Of a DNA stretch of 64,000 nt, positions 13,091 through 27,519 are shown in pieces (the first letter of the stretch is position 1; each line of letters opens with the position of its first letter). The position numbers and the translations under genes are program-made. Under the pieces are notes generated by a model. That model was given only the letters and a program-made list of their open reading frames with translations, was not told where the DNA came from and made no database searches. The DNA is taken from the NCBI RefSeq assembly GCF_009914755.1, contig NC_060928.1; one strand, 5' to 3'. This stretch comes from the human T2T-CHM13v2.0 reference genome, Homo sapiens.

Positions 13091-15317
13091 AAGAAAATGT
13101 GGCACATATACACCATGGAATACTATGCAGCCATAAAAAATGATGAGTTCATGTCCTTTGTAGGGACATGGATGAAACTGGAAATCATCATTCTCAGTAA
13201 ACTATCGCAAGAACAAAAAACCAAACACCGCGTATTCTCACTCATAGGTGGGAATTGAACAATGAGAACACATGGACACAGGAAGGGGAACATCACACTC
13301 TGGGGACTGTTGTGGGGTAGAGGGAGTGGGGAGGGATAGCTTTAGGAGATATACCTAATGCTAAATGACGAGTTAATGGGTGCAGCACACCAGCCTGGCA
13401 CATGTATACATATGTAACTAACCTGCACGTTGTGCACATGTACCCTAAAACTTAAAGTATAATAAGAATAATAATAAAAAGAAAAAAAACAGACAGAGAG
13501 CCAAATCATGAGTGAACTCCCATTCACAATTGCTACAAAGAGAATAAAATACCAAGGAATACAACTTACAAGGGATGTGAAGGACCTCTTCATGGAGAAC
13601 TACAAACCACTCTGCAAGGAAATAAGAGAGAACACAAACAAATGGAAAAACATTCCATGCTTATGGATAGGAAGAATCAGTATTGTGAAAATGGCCATAC
13701 TGCCCAAAGTAATTTATAGATTCAATGCTATCCCCATCAAGCTACCATTGATTTCCATCACAGAATTAGAAAAACCTACTTTAAATTTCATATGAAACCA
13801 AAAAAGAGCCGGGATAGCCAAGACAATCCTAAGCAAAAAGAACAAAACTGGAGGCATCATGCTACCTGACTTCAAACTATTGGACATGGCTATAGTAACC
13901 AAAACAGCATGGTACTGGTACCAAAACAGATATGTAGACCAATGGAACAGAACAGAGGCCTCAGAAATAGTGCCACACATCTACAACCATCTGATCTTTG
14001 ACAAACAAGCAATCTGATCTTTGACACAAACAAGCAATCAAGAAAGGATTCCCTACTTAATAAATGGTGTTGGGAAAACTGGCTAGCCATATGCAGAAAA
14101 CTGAAACTGGACCCCTTCCTTAAAACTTATACAAAAAGTAACTCAAGATGCATTAAAGACTTAAATATAAGACCTAAAACCATAAAAACCCTAGAAGAGG
14201 CAATACCCCATTCAGGACATAGGCATGGGCAAAGACTTCATGACTAAAACACCAAAAGCAATGGTAACAAAAGCCAAAATTGACAAATGGGATCTAATTA
14301 AACTAAAGAGCTTCTGCACAGCAAAAGAAAATGTCATCAGAATGAACAGGCAACCTACAGAATGGGAGAAAAAGTTTGCAATCTTTCTATTTGACAAAGG
14401 GCTAATATCCAGAATCCCCAAATAACTGAAACAAATCTACGAGAAAAAAAATAACTCCATCAAAAAGTGGGTGAAGAATATGAATAGACACTTCTGAAAA
14501 GAAGACATTTATGCAGCCAACAGACATGAAAAAAAGCTCAACATCACTGGTCATTAGAAAAATGCAAATCAAAACCACAATGAGATGCCATCTCATGCCA
14601 GGTAGAATGGTGATCATTAAAAAGTCAGGAAACAACAGATGCTGGAGAGGATGTGGAGAAACAGGAACACTTCTACACTGTTGGTGGGAGTGTAAATTAA
14701 TTCAACCATTGTGGAAGACAGTGTGGCGATTCCTCAAGGATCTAGAACCAGAAATACCATTTGACCCAGCACACCCATTACTTGGTATATACCCACAGGA
14801 TTATAAATCATTCTACTATAAAGATACACACACACGTATGTTTATTGCAGCACTGTTAGCAATAGCAAAGACTTGGAACCAATCCAAATGCCCATCAGTG
14901 ATAAACTGGATAAAGAAAATGTGGCACATATACACCACGGAATACTATGCAGCCATAAAAAAGGATGAGTTCATGTCCCTTGGAGGGACATGGATGAAGC
15001 TGGAAACCATCATTCTCAGCAAACTAACACAGGAACAGAAAACAAAACACCACATGTTCTCACTCATAAGTGGGAGATGAACAATGAGAGCACATGGACT
15101 CAGGGAGGGGAACATCATACACTGGGGCCTGTCAGGGGGTTGGGGGCTGGAGAAGGGATAGTATTAGGAGAAATACCTAATGTAGATGAGGGGTTGATGG
15201 GTGCAGCAAAACCAGCATGGCACGTGTATACCTATGTAACAAACCTGCACCTTCTGCACGTGTATCCCAGAACTTAAAGGATAATATTAATAATAAAAAT
15301 AAAAAAAGAATTCTGGG

Positions 15318-16140
15318 ACAGAAAAGAAAATTCAAAAATTGACCTACACATTCATAGATTCCTGATTTATGACAACAGTTGTACTACAGAGCTATGGGAG
15401 ATAAACAGACCTCAACAGAAAATATACACATCGAAAAGGGCTCACCATTGTTAATTATCAAGGAAAAGAAAACTAAAAGGACACTGAGACACCACAAAAT
15501 GTCCAGCAGAATGGCCAAAATGAAAAAGACTGACTGAATGCTGTTGAATGCATGAAGTCATTTAATACACATATGTGTTGGTGGGAGTATATATTTGTTT
15601 AATCATTTTGGAAAGTTATTTGGCCATCTATATTAAACTTGGATATAATGTACTACCCAGTAACTTCACTCCTAGGTTTATACCCATCATAATTCATATA
15701 CAAGACATGTACAAAAATGTTCATGGCAGCATTATTCATAAATGCTAAATACCAGAATTAACCAAATGCCTATAAATCATAGAATGATTAAATTGTATAT
15801 AGTCATACAGGAAATACTATATAGCAATGACAATTAGTGAACCTCTGTTACATACAATAACATAAATGAATCTCACTCTAGGAACAAAAGAAGCCAGAGT
15901 CTTTAGAGTACACACTCCGTACTTCCATTAAATAAATTTCAACAACAGGTAAAAAGTACTATGTCTGATAAAAGTAGTGCAAATAGTAGCTCCCTTTAAA
16001 AGGGAAGATAATGGGTAGAAATTGAAAGAGGGCATGAGGGGCTTCCAAGGTGCTAGTAATGTTTATTTTCTGATCATTTTGGTGGTCACATGGGTATGTT
16101 CACTTTACTTTTTGTGTACTTCAATTAAAAATTCATTTTA
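15318..16140 (+). mobile_element. Ancient L1M 3' part (continuation of 1430-6890)
   Basis: Resumes the ORF2-like sequence (…tgggacagaaaagaaaattcaaaaattgacctacac…) and ends with an L1ME-like 3' UTR. Confidence 0.75.
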
Positions 16141-16149
16141 AAAAATATG

Positions 16150-16385
16150 TATGACTTTGGAATCAGAAAATCTTAGGTTGAAATATCAGGTCTGGCACTA
16201 CCTAGCTTCAATTTTAGCATACATGCTGCCAGCACCTTCCTTGCTTCATTATATTGGACAAGTAACTTAGGCTTTCTGAATCTCAGATCTCTCATCTATG
16301 AATAGGCATAGTAATTATGCCTACTTCATAGGAATATTATGCACATTAACTTAAATAACGTGCCAGTAACTTAATAAATGGTAGT
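16150..16385 (+). mobile_element. MIR SINE
   Basis: Degenerate MIR core (ttggacaagtaactta…ctcagatctctcatctatgaa). Confidence 0.65.
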
Positions 16386-16974
16386 CATAGTAGCTGGAAA
16401 TGGTAGAAGTCTTTCTGGGGGAAAGAGTGGAATGAGAAAAGTTATGAAAACCATAGAACAAGGAGGCACTGACGAGACCCTCTGCTCAGTTCAAAGTTCC
16501 TCCAATGGGGCTGGATGTTGAATTCATGCCCATTTGAGGTGGCAGCAGTAATCCTTTTGTAATCACTTTATACCCCCAACTTACACAGTCAACATTTCTT
16601 GAAGCAATAAATTTTCATCCTCTAAGTTGCTTCAGGAAGTTTAACTTGGCAAAGTTCACCTACAGTTGTATTAGGCTCTCAATCTTTCTTCTCTGGGCTC
16701 ATATATTAGAGGTCCGTGTTCTCACTGTTGTTTTTTGTTTTTTGTTTTTTGTTTTTTCCAGGTCAAAGCATGTATCTTGCAACCTTCTTTGAATAAGGCT
16801 CAGTGCAAAGCTGGGGCCAGTGACCTTGACCTTCCTTCATCCCTATCTATCAAGGATTTTTTGTGAGCATAAGAGGCAGCAACTTTACTTGTATTTCATT
16901 TCATAGCTTAATTATATCTACATGCAATTAGAAAACATATGGTAAGGCATATTTGTGAAGGTCACAAAATCTAG

Positions 16975-17190
16975 TAGAGCTGGAATGCCAGGATTTGATT
17001 CCAACTTCTGCCACTTACTAACTGCGGAACCTTAGGCAAGTCACTGAACCCCTAAGTTTCCTCAGCTGTAAAACAATAATAAACAGAGTCTACAGGTCAC
17101 AGATTTCTATGAGAATTAAATTAGTTAACAAAATAAAGCACTAAGAACTGTGCCTGGTACATAAAATATACTGCATGAGGGTTAGCTATC
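16975..17190 (+). mobile_element. MIR SINE
   Basis: ctgccacttactaactg…ccttaggcaagtcactgaacc…tttcctcagctgtaaaa. Confidence 0.75.
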
Positions 17191-17255
17191 ACCACAATAA
17201 GTAGGCAAGTTACCAACACCTTAAACGCTGAGTTAGAACAAATCTAAAAACTCTA

Positions 17256-17568
<313 letters not shown>

Positions 17569-18569
17569 AAAACTGTATATTTAAGACCTACCTTTACTTA
17601 TTGAAGGAGGCCACTTCAAAATGGTAATGCTCCTTTCCTGTCTAGGTTCCCCATACTTAGGGTACCCCAGACCCACCAAACCACACAGTGCCAGGCCTCT
17701 TTGTCTCCTATAATCTATTCCTCCTTAAAAACCCAGCTAGAGATTTTCTCTTCTACCCTACCAAGTAAAGAATGTGCCCGCTTTCCTTTGCATGCCTATC
17801 TCTTAGAATATTAATCCCATAAATTATAATTTCCCCAAAGAGACACTGATCTTCAAGGGTATGACTGTGTTTTTCTTATTACTTAATACCTAGAACTGTA
17901 TTTTGCACATATTAGAAACTTGACAAAATTAAGAAACCCAAAGGACATTCAAATTCTTTCTCCCAATTTAAAAATTATGGGTACAGGGACAAGAGTGGAG
18001 TTGGAAAACGTCAGTCACCCTAATAAACAAGGCACATTTAATAAACAGGATACGCATCTCTATTTTCTTCCCCATCCCCAGATAATTGTTTTTGAGTGAT
18101 GAACCAAAAAAAAAAAAACCTAATAAATGCACAAGTTTATAATTTGAGAAACTAGCGTGACAAAAATGAGGTCATCCCATGGATGTCATAAAATAAGCAT
18201 GACTTTCTTCTCTCAATTCTTTTACTTATTGCCCATATAATTAAATACAGTTGTAATTTAATTCTGTTGGCTGTTATTTCATGCTCACAACAAAACATTT
18301 CTCTCTCTCTCTTCCTTAAGTTTGTGTAGATGATTTTATTCCCATGAGCATCAAAGAGCAGGGTTTAACAATGAAATGTTGAAAACAATCAAAACTTACA
18401 AAGAAGTTTATCTGACACACTCAATGACAGGCATAATTATCATTGTGTTGCATGGTAATTAGGTATAAAAGGCAAACAGTTCCTTTAAATGTCTCTAATT
18501 AGTACTGCTCTTAAATCTTCAAACCAAGTAGTTGAGGAGTCAGCGGCAGGGAAACCTGCTCCTATAACA

Positions 18570-18770
18570 CAATGCTCCTCAATGGTGGCTTCATATGAGA
18601 ATCAGCAGGGGAGCTTTTAATATACATATATATATATACGCACCTATAATCCATATGCCCAGGGCTCTTGCCTCAAATCAATTTAGTTAGAATACCTGGG
18701 GGTTAGACCCAGGCATCAGTACTTCTTATTACAGGTGATTACAATGTAAACTTAAGATTAAGGATTACAG
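18570..18770. mobile_element. MER5-like hAT-Charlie DNA transposon remnant
   Basis: gaatcagcaggggagctttt…gacccaggcatcagta…aggtgattacaatgta pattern. Confidence 0.55.
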
Positions 18771-19077
18771 CTGTAAACAACAACATGGAAGAGAGTTGAA
18801 GTTGTCCCTTCCCTCTATATTTCCACAGCACTAGGAACATGCTCTACTGAAGGCTCATCAATTAATCAATCAATTAGGTAATTAACAAGTATTGATTAAC
18901 AATGATCAATTAATGTTTGTTACAAGAATTTGACATAGCTTGTTCTCTTCTGCAATATAATACACAAGTGAGAAAATCCCTACTCTCCTCTCCCTCCTCC
19001 CAGCATTCTGTCTGGAACCTGAAACGTGGCCTGGCACCTAGAAACATGCTGTCAAGTTAGCCTCAGTGTGTGAACTT

Positions 19078-19555
19078 TTTTTTAATTTTAATAAAATATA
19101 CATAACATAAAATGTATCATTTTAACCATTTATAAGTGAACAGTTTAGTAGCAATAAGTATATTCTCATTGTTTTACAACCATCACCACCATCTATCTCC
19201 AGAATCTTCCCAAACTGGAACTCTGTACCTATTATATATTCCCTGGGTCTCCTCACCCCTCCTGCTCCTGGCAATCTCCATTCTAATTTCTGTCTCGATG
19301 AATTTGACGATTCGAGGTACCTCATATAAATGGAATCCTGCATTTGTCTTTTTAAGTCTGGCTAATGTCTGCAAGCTTCATTCCTGCTGTAGTATGTGTC
19401 AGAGTTCCTCTGTAAGGCTGAATAATATCCCATTGCATGTATATACTACATTTTGTTTCTCCATTCATCTGTTGACGGACACGGGGTTGTTTCTGCTTTT
19501 TGGCTACTATGAATAACACTGCTATAAGCATGGATGTACAAGATTTTTTATGCAT
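19078..19555 (-). mobile_element. L1MB-like 3' end
   Basis: Reverse L1M 3' UTR (cataacataaaatgtatcattttaaccatt…ggctgaataatatcccattg). Confidence 0.8.
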
Positions 19556-19659
19556 GGCTTTACCTACCCGGCATAGCCAATATTCCTAAACAGGAATCTC
19601 ACACCAGAGAAGCAAAAGGCTTGGTGAATGAGGAGTGAGGACCTGTGACTTGCTCCTCA

Positions 19660-20133
19660 TCAACAAAACACAGCAATGATGACGGAAGGCCATTCCTGGG
19701 TAGGTTATATAAGACTTCATCTTAGTTAACTGTAAAGGGCTTATCCAGCTGAGTCTGAAGAAGTAAGCTGCCATGCTATGAGAGGGCCTGTGAGAGGGAC
19801 GCAAGGCAGGAACTCTAGGCAGCCTCTAGGAGCTGAGAGCAGCCCCAGCTGACAGCTAGCAAGAAAATGGGGACCTCAGCCCTACAACCACAAGGAATTG
19901 AATTTGGCCAACAATCACGTAAGCTGGGAAGAGGACCTCTTCCTGTAGAAAGCTCTAGAAATGAACACGGCCAGTTGACCCTTTGACTGCAGCCTTGTGG
20001 CTGACGTCAGAGAAGATGACTTAAATAAGTCACACCTGGACTCTTGGCCCACTGCAAACTGAGATAGCAAATATGTGTTGTTTAAGCTACTAAGTTTGTG
20101 GTAATTTATTGCACAGCAATAGAAAACCAATAT
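19660..20133 (+). mobile_element. MLT1 (F/G-like) MaLR LTR
   Basis: Ends in gtttaagctactaagtttgtggtaatttattgcacagcaatagaaaaccaata. Confidence 0.75.
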
Positions 20134-23100
20134 GCTTGCATTTCCTGAGTTTCTGTTGACAAGAAATTTCAAGTTGTATCTTGTTCTTCTCACTTGTACT
20201 TCCTCTTTCCTCATCTCACCTGGAAAGAGGGAACTGGAAGCTCTAGGTCTTTCTTTCTCTCATATTTCCCAGAGCTTAATCTGTAAGCCCCAAAAAGACC
20301 ATTTAAACACCTGCTTGAAATTTACCAATTAAAATTGATTTGGCATCACAAATAACCCAAGAAGGATTAAACAGATGTTGGGGGACCCTGATGACTCGCA
20401 TTTTATTATAAAATATATATAAAATATAAAATATTCTCTGGCCATTCCTGGCTATAGATCTCAAAAAAGAAAGAAAGAAAGAAAGAAACCTGTCACACAT
20501 AACTGCACTTTAAAATCTACAACTAACAAATACCTCTAGGGAGAGTCAGCAGAAAGAAGACAAATCATTTTAAAGTGAGACTTTAATGAAAAGAAACACT
20601 TTTAGTTAAAGGATAGATACAAGAAATGTACCTTTCACAAAGAACGGACTTCCAAAGTGTCTGAAAATCGAAACGTTTCATCCTTGTCTTCAGATCTGTT
20701 CCCCTTCTTGAGAATTGTATTGCAATTTAAACTCTAGAAAGAGGCGACAGGAGCTGAGCTGCTCAGGCTTATGGAAAGAAAAGGGAGGTTCTGTGGAAAC
20801 TGAATGCTGCTCACTAGGAGGCAAAGGCCAGTGGTGATGTTTCTCTCTTATCCAGCAAGCAAGAAAAAGAAAGACCACTGTCCACTGTCTTCTCAATGAC
20901 GCTATTTCTACTACAGTCCTTCCTGGGTATCTAGCAAGGAATGGGCAGTGTCCAGAATGTTTTTGAGAAAAGAAAAAAAAAGGGTCAAAAGGAGCCACCC
21001 ATTTCAGAGGACATTTAGAAAATGTAAGGGAGAAGAGGTGAAGGCTCCTGCCCAGGCAACCAGGACCCTTGTTAAAAGCCAGCACTGCTCAAACTCACCT
21101 GGAATAACCAATTTGGAACCAAGCAGATCCAGAAACTGCTATAAATATCCTACATAAATTAAAACAATAGCAAGCGAAATAAAATGAGAATAGATTTCAG
21201 AGTTGTTGTGATTAAGAGGCAGATGTTTTAACATCTAGGTGAGTTTATAGAAGCCTTAGCCACTACTAGTGATAACCATGGGCTAGTTACTTACTCTTAA
21301 TAAGCCTCATATAATAATACTTACCAGATAGGTTAACTGTGAAAATAAGTGAGATAACTATAGATAGGTCATAGCAGAGTGTACCAAATAAGATACTCAA
21401 AATTGGTAGTATTGGCCATTGACTAGTCAGATATTGAGAATGAGAGAAGATTAGGAAGAAACCAAATTAAAGAATTAGTGAAAAAAAAATGAAGGAGGGA
21501 AGACAACATGAAATAAGGAAAAGGGAAGCAAACGTGGAAGAAAATATTAAAGAATTGGATTCATTGATTCAATATTCAATAAATATTTATTGCATTGGAT
21601 GTATTAATCTGAAGGAGTAAAGGGAAACTTGGACATTAAAGCTGCTCAGCCAAGGCTAGGTACTGGGTCCAAAAGTGCCATGGTTTTTGTGTAGTGTAAA
21701 AATAGCATTGTGCATCCCCTTAGGAATGTAGCCCACAAGGCGAGGGTAGGCTCCTCAGAGTCAGCACAGTGCTAACAGTGAGCTCTTAGACCTTTGACTA
21801 CTCAAAACAATTAGCCTTCAAATCCTCAGTGTTTTCCAAGGCTTCATTAAATATTTTTCCTAACGCCTAGCAACTAAGACTAGAAGTTTTAAGGATAAAG
21901 TGAGAAGGACTAAAGGGCAGATATCAACTAAGAAGAAGACCATTTGAGAGGCTGAGAGGGCTGAGGTGGGGAAGCAGAGTGAGCAGAGCCCAGAGCTCAT
22001 TGGCTCCTAGAGAAAAGAAAAGACAGAGGCACAAAGGGAGACTGGCTGGGTGCCAGGACTCAAACCGGCTGCCAAAGCTTATTTAACTTCATCTAGATGT
22101 CAAGGCAGCTGCCACTTAATTCCAGTCAGGCTCCTAAATTCCTCCATGCTTTTTACCTCTTCCTTTTTTTGGAGCTTAACGGTACCACCCACCCTACCTC
22201 ACCCCCACAAAAATAGCCCCCAGCCTGGTTATACAACCCCAAGGGAAGCCACTCACACTGTAGGCTGCACAGGCTATAAATGTTGTGCACATTGTGGTAG
22301 AGAATACACATTTGACATCAAGCAGACTCAAACTGGAAAACTGTTTCCAAAAATATATAAACATTACAACCTGGAGCAAGTTGAATGACCCCAAGCTTTA
22401 ATTTCACCTTCAGTAAAACAAAAAACTGATGCCTCATTAGGCAAGTCTGAGGCCTTCATGAGTTAATTATGGAGAATGACAGATATGTAATAGCCAACCA
22501 ATAACTTAGTTTTTTCATCCCATCGCTGAGTAGCTAGTTTTGATCTGAGTGTCTACATGCACATTGTCTATCACTATGAAATATAACCTTTTGTTTTCAA
22601 GCATACTGACAACTTTCACCAGATATATCACCCAGTTACCTTCACCATAGATTCTTGGTATCAGATCACCACAAAACTGGATTATTTTTCTTCTTCCATG
22701 CCTTATCCTATATAGACAGCTTCAATTTTTGCTTTTCTAAAGACCCGGGTTAAGACAATAGTATTTATGAGAATATATACCAATTTTGTAACTGTCCAAC
22801 TGGTAAAAGCCTGTATATACACTCTTAAAAATCTTTAATTATCTATGTAAAATCTAGGTATAGAGCCTCTCATATGGCAACATGTAAGTCAGTATTTCAT
22901 GGAAGGGAAAAAAGGGGTGTTTCCTCCCCAGCAAAAGTTCCCACTCCTGCAAACTGCTAATAGAGTAGCACTTTCTGGAAGAATCATTTTCAGGGAAAAA
23001 TAACAATAGCAGGGAGATTTTTCTAATCATTGCATTTAAAAAAAATTATTTCTGATTATATATGTAATTTTTAAATAAGGCCTTCCAATAAAAAGGTCAA

Positions 23101-23154
23101 GAGTCCACCTCTGATTGTTATCTTGAAAAAATTATCTATAGGAATGAATAGAGC

Positions 23155-23380
23155 AGAATCTGGACAGCGGGTTTTCTGATTTTGAATTCTGTTTCCTATA
23201 TTACACTCTACATAACCTTTGGCAGGTTATATAATTCTGTGTGCCTCAGTTTTCTCATATATAAAATGGGAGTGATTAATAATATCTATCTTATAGGTTT
23301 ATTGTGAGGATTAAATGATTCAGTATTTGCGAGGCATTCAGAGTGGTGACTGGCACATAATTAGTGGTATATAAATATTT
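23155..23380 (+). mobile_element. MIR SINE
   Basis: ctgtgtgcctcagttttctcatatataaaatggg…ttgtgaggattaaatga. Confidence 0.75.
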
Positions 23381-24849
23381 TTTCCCATGGAAACATTCCT
23401 CTTCAATAAAGAAAACATGTTCTGTAGTGCACATCCTCAAATGCTCAGTACTGCTTTGGAAAGGAAGCAAATAAAAACAAACATATTCTTCCACAGTCCT
23501 TTTCCACATCTTATTTAAACGTATGACTCACTAGCATTTTCTTCTTTTACCTATTCTGCTCCTGTGGTGGGAGTGACAGATAAAATGAATTGTCCTTCCT
23601 AAAACTGGAGTCAAATCTGAAGTCAGATGGCAAGTCTTTGTTTTATCTTTCCTTTTCATGAAAGAACAATAGTTTCAAATGATAGTTTAAGCATCCCTAG
23701 CAAAATGCAGTCATACCAGCAACTTGCCAGATGTCTCTGATTAATTTGCCTGTGTTCCACCAGACATTCAGCATGAGCTCCTATTTTTGCTCTGATGAAG
23801 TTTTCTAAACAATATCTACATAAACAGAAAAGAAAAACTTAATCTCAGTAAAAGGTCTGACATCTGAATGCATGGTTGTCTTGGTGCTCAAGGCAGACCA
23901 GACATGGGCAGAAATGCTATGTGAGCTCTTCCCTGCCCTCTCTGCCAGTGATATTCAGTTCTCAGCCTTGAGAAGCACTGTAATTATTCAGGAACCCATA
24001 TGTGACCCTCCATATATGCCACAGTTGCTGCCATCAGGTGGATCAAACCCATTCGCAATGTCCTTTTCTCACAGACCTCAGCTCTAAGGATCCAGAACTT
24101 AGTAGGCATCGATGCAATGGGCCACCTCTGCTCAACTCCACATGGATGAAGCTAGGAAGCTCCAGGAAGCACCACCACTCTTACTATCAATCAATGGGGC
24201 ACACTGTAATAAGGCAGACTGGTGCCCAGGCTGGTCTAATCAAGGCCTTTCACATTTGTGGGTAGTTCTTACAACACTAGAGTAGGACTTAAGACGAAAA
24301 GAACTGATCCTGATTTCAAGAGTCTTGGATTCTAATCTTAGCTCTGCCACCAACCACGGTATATTCCATAACTCCCCAGTACCTGTGTCCTTACTTCTCT
24401 AGTAAGGGGGGTAGCATCAAACAATCTGTAAGGTTCCTATGGCTCCAAGGTCTTCTGATGTTCAACATATTAAATTTAAGTCAGAGATCAGAGTATTTGA
24501 CACATTGTAGTACCCTGATTCATCATGAAATTTATAATACTTCAATAAAGCTGAGTGCCTGTTATAGAAACAGGCTACATGCCCACTGCATGCTGCATGG
24601 TTTTGATGATCTAAAATGGTCAGTAGGCACAAAGCCAGGTCCCTACAAAGAGCTATGATATACTGCAGGTTGGGTGCAGCTGACGAGTGACTCCACATTG
24701 TGCCCACCTCAATCTCACAGGCATAGACTCATTTTCTGTGGCGTTGTCCTAAAACTGAACATAGGTCTCACTTTGTCTACAAAGGGTTCCCAAACTAAGT
24801 CATAATTCCCATCTTAGGCAATAGCAGTTACAGTCAAAACCATTAGAAC

Positions 24850-25090
24850 TGCAGTATTCAGTAGAGTAGGCAATAGACATGTGACTATTCAATGTTTAAA
24901 TTAATTAAAAATAAAAATCCATCAGATTCAAGCTTCTTTGTAAGAAAATAAGTTAAAAATCCAGTTTCTTAGTGGCACTAGCTGCATTTCAAGTGCTCAA
25001 TAGCCATATTTGGCTATTGGCTACCATATCGTAAAGCATGGATTATAGAATACTTCCATCACTGAAGAAAGTTCTACTGGACAGCACTGA
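24850..25090. mobile_element. MER3/MER33-like hAT DNA transposon
   Basis: catttcaagtgctcaatagcca…gaaagttctactggacagcactg. Confidence 0.7.
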
Positions 25091-27519
25091 ATCTAGAACC
25101 TGAAATTAAAATGCAGATCCTTGAAATTAGAAAGAAACAAATTTCCAGAATTCCCTAATGCCAGTAGAGTTTCATTATGAGCTCCTCCATATAAAGTAGG
25201 GAGGTACAATTAGACAAATTAAGTTACACCTTCAGACCATAAAAGTATATTTGATGGGTACAGGACAATAAAGCTGGCATGAGCTGGTGGTGCCTAGCAA
25301 TTGAAGAGGCTCACTCACCACTTATGATATATCTAAGCACAGGTACCTTAGCAAAATCATAGAATACTGTGTCATGAATTATAGGAACTGAATATTCAAA
25401 TTCAGAATCTATCATGCCATCAAATTTTATTCTCTGGCTTCTATGGGTGCTTCATATCTCCCTAATATTGTTGACTGAAGGAGAGCTAGGAGTCTCCCCT
25501 CAGTTTCTTGCTCACTGTTAAGTGTTCATCAGAAATACTCTCTTAGACAAAAAAACTGAAGAGACATTCAGTGGCTTTCTGATCCAGTATGGAAGGGTGA
25601 ACATTGTCCAAAATGTAGTTGATGTGTATATTAATAGAAACAGATTTAGCCATAAATTCAGCCAGGATACTTTATAAAAGTCCAACAAATAAATTAGGAG
25701 AACCAAAAAATAAACAGAAGAGCCATTATGACTGATGATCTTAAAATCTCTGATATCTAGCAGGAACTGCTTGGAAAAGTAGACAAACTAATGTATACTG
25801 TACATCATCCTTTCATCAGTGAAGGACATGTCTATCCTTTTAATGCTCTAACTTCTGGAAAATTGTTTCTTACAAATTTTTGACAGGCTGTATAATATAA
25901 AAGAGATATAAAAATATCCAAAGTTTACTTTTGGCTTTTATCCAATACTGAAATGATTTGCAAATGGAAAATGAATTGTAATATTGAGCACTTTTGAAAA
26001 ATTGAAAAATTTTAAATTTCTGAATTTATAAAGTTAACTATTTGTGTTTAGCTAGTTATTTCAGACTTAAGGAGGTATCTGTACTTTTTGCAAGGGAAAC
26101 TGAGGTACAAACCAGTCAACTAAAAAAGAATGTTTCCATTTTTTATTTAATTATTCAATTTAGAACCACAAGGCTCTGTGAAAGCAGATGAGGATTGTTA
26201 GGGCATGGATGATACAGTTTTTGTCTCTTTAGGACTTAATCATTAAGAAATCAATTAGCCCATTTCTTTATCCTGACCACAACACAGACTTGTATCCACT
26301 TGGCTTGCCTTTATGGTGAGGAGAATAATCAATAATCCTTATTCAGGAGATACAATATCCTTCCTGTGTCCCATTCACTATAGACAGACAGAAAGAAGTC
26401 TGGTTTGGCACAGAAAGTGTATATAACTACTGATTTTTTTTTTGCCTGATTATAGCAGAGCTAATAATTTATCCTTAAATAAAAGCAAGGAAATACGCTT
26501 ATCTCAGATTTTTCAGCACCAGGAGCATGGTGTTTTGCCTCAAGATGAGCATAAGTCTTTGAACAAAGTAATTGAACATAATCTTGGTTCAAGAGAATAC
26601 ATCTGGTGTCATATATAGGGAGAAGGTCAAAGGAGATGAATTGCTACTAAATTCTCTTACATGTCATTCTGCATAAAAAAGTACATTGCTATTTGTAACA
26701 TTTTTGTGAGTAAATAATAGATTATACTTACGTGTACATATATAGTAATGTAATGCACATTCTGTAATATTATTATATATGTATATATATACATATACTA
26801 TGTAGAGTTCATATATCTCTAACAGAAGAGAACACTGGATGATGTTCAGTTTTTTAAAACAAATATAAGTTTGTGCCATCTATAATTTCAGAATTCATAC
26901 CATTAAAAATGATTATTACTTTTGAAAGGAAATAGATGAGAAATTTTTAGACTAATAAAAATTTTGACTTAATAAAACTGCTGAAATCCAATATTAATCA
27001 AATTTCTTTCAGTCACAGGATATTATAATTAATAATCTGGCATCACTAACTTCCTTCACAAATATTTATTGATCATTCACTATGCTTCCAGTACTGTCAA
27101 CAAATTGATTAATTAAACCTCCCTTTATAATTCTGTTGTTAAAATTGATCATTTGTTTGTCTGGGTCAGATGTTTTATCTTAATTTATAATACTTACATT
27201 TGTGAATGTTAAAATTTGTTTTAATTTCACAAATCTTGCATTTTGCAATAGAGATTCAGGCTCGACCAAGGCATTATCGAGGCAAAAGATTTAATTTCAA
27301 TTAATAAATACTCAGTTAAAAATAGTAAGGGAAGGGAACCCTAACTAATGATGTTTCTAATGAGTCTTCCCTGACCCAGAAAATCAAACTTTCGCCCATA
27401 AAGAAATGCATACACACACATGTGTGCGCACACACACACACACCCCTATACATGAATGCAGAGGCAAGTATTTATATGTTCTTTTAAAAACTCAAATTTT
27501 TAAAAGTAATTCTAGCTTT

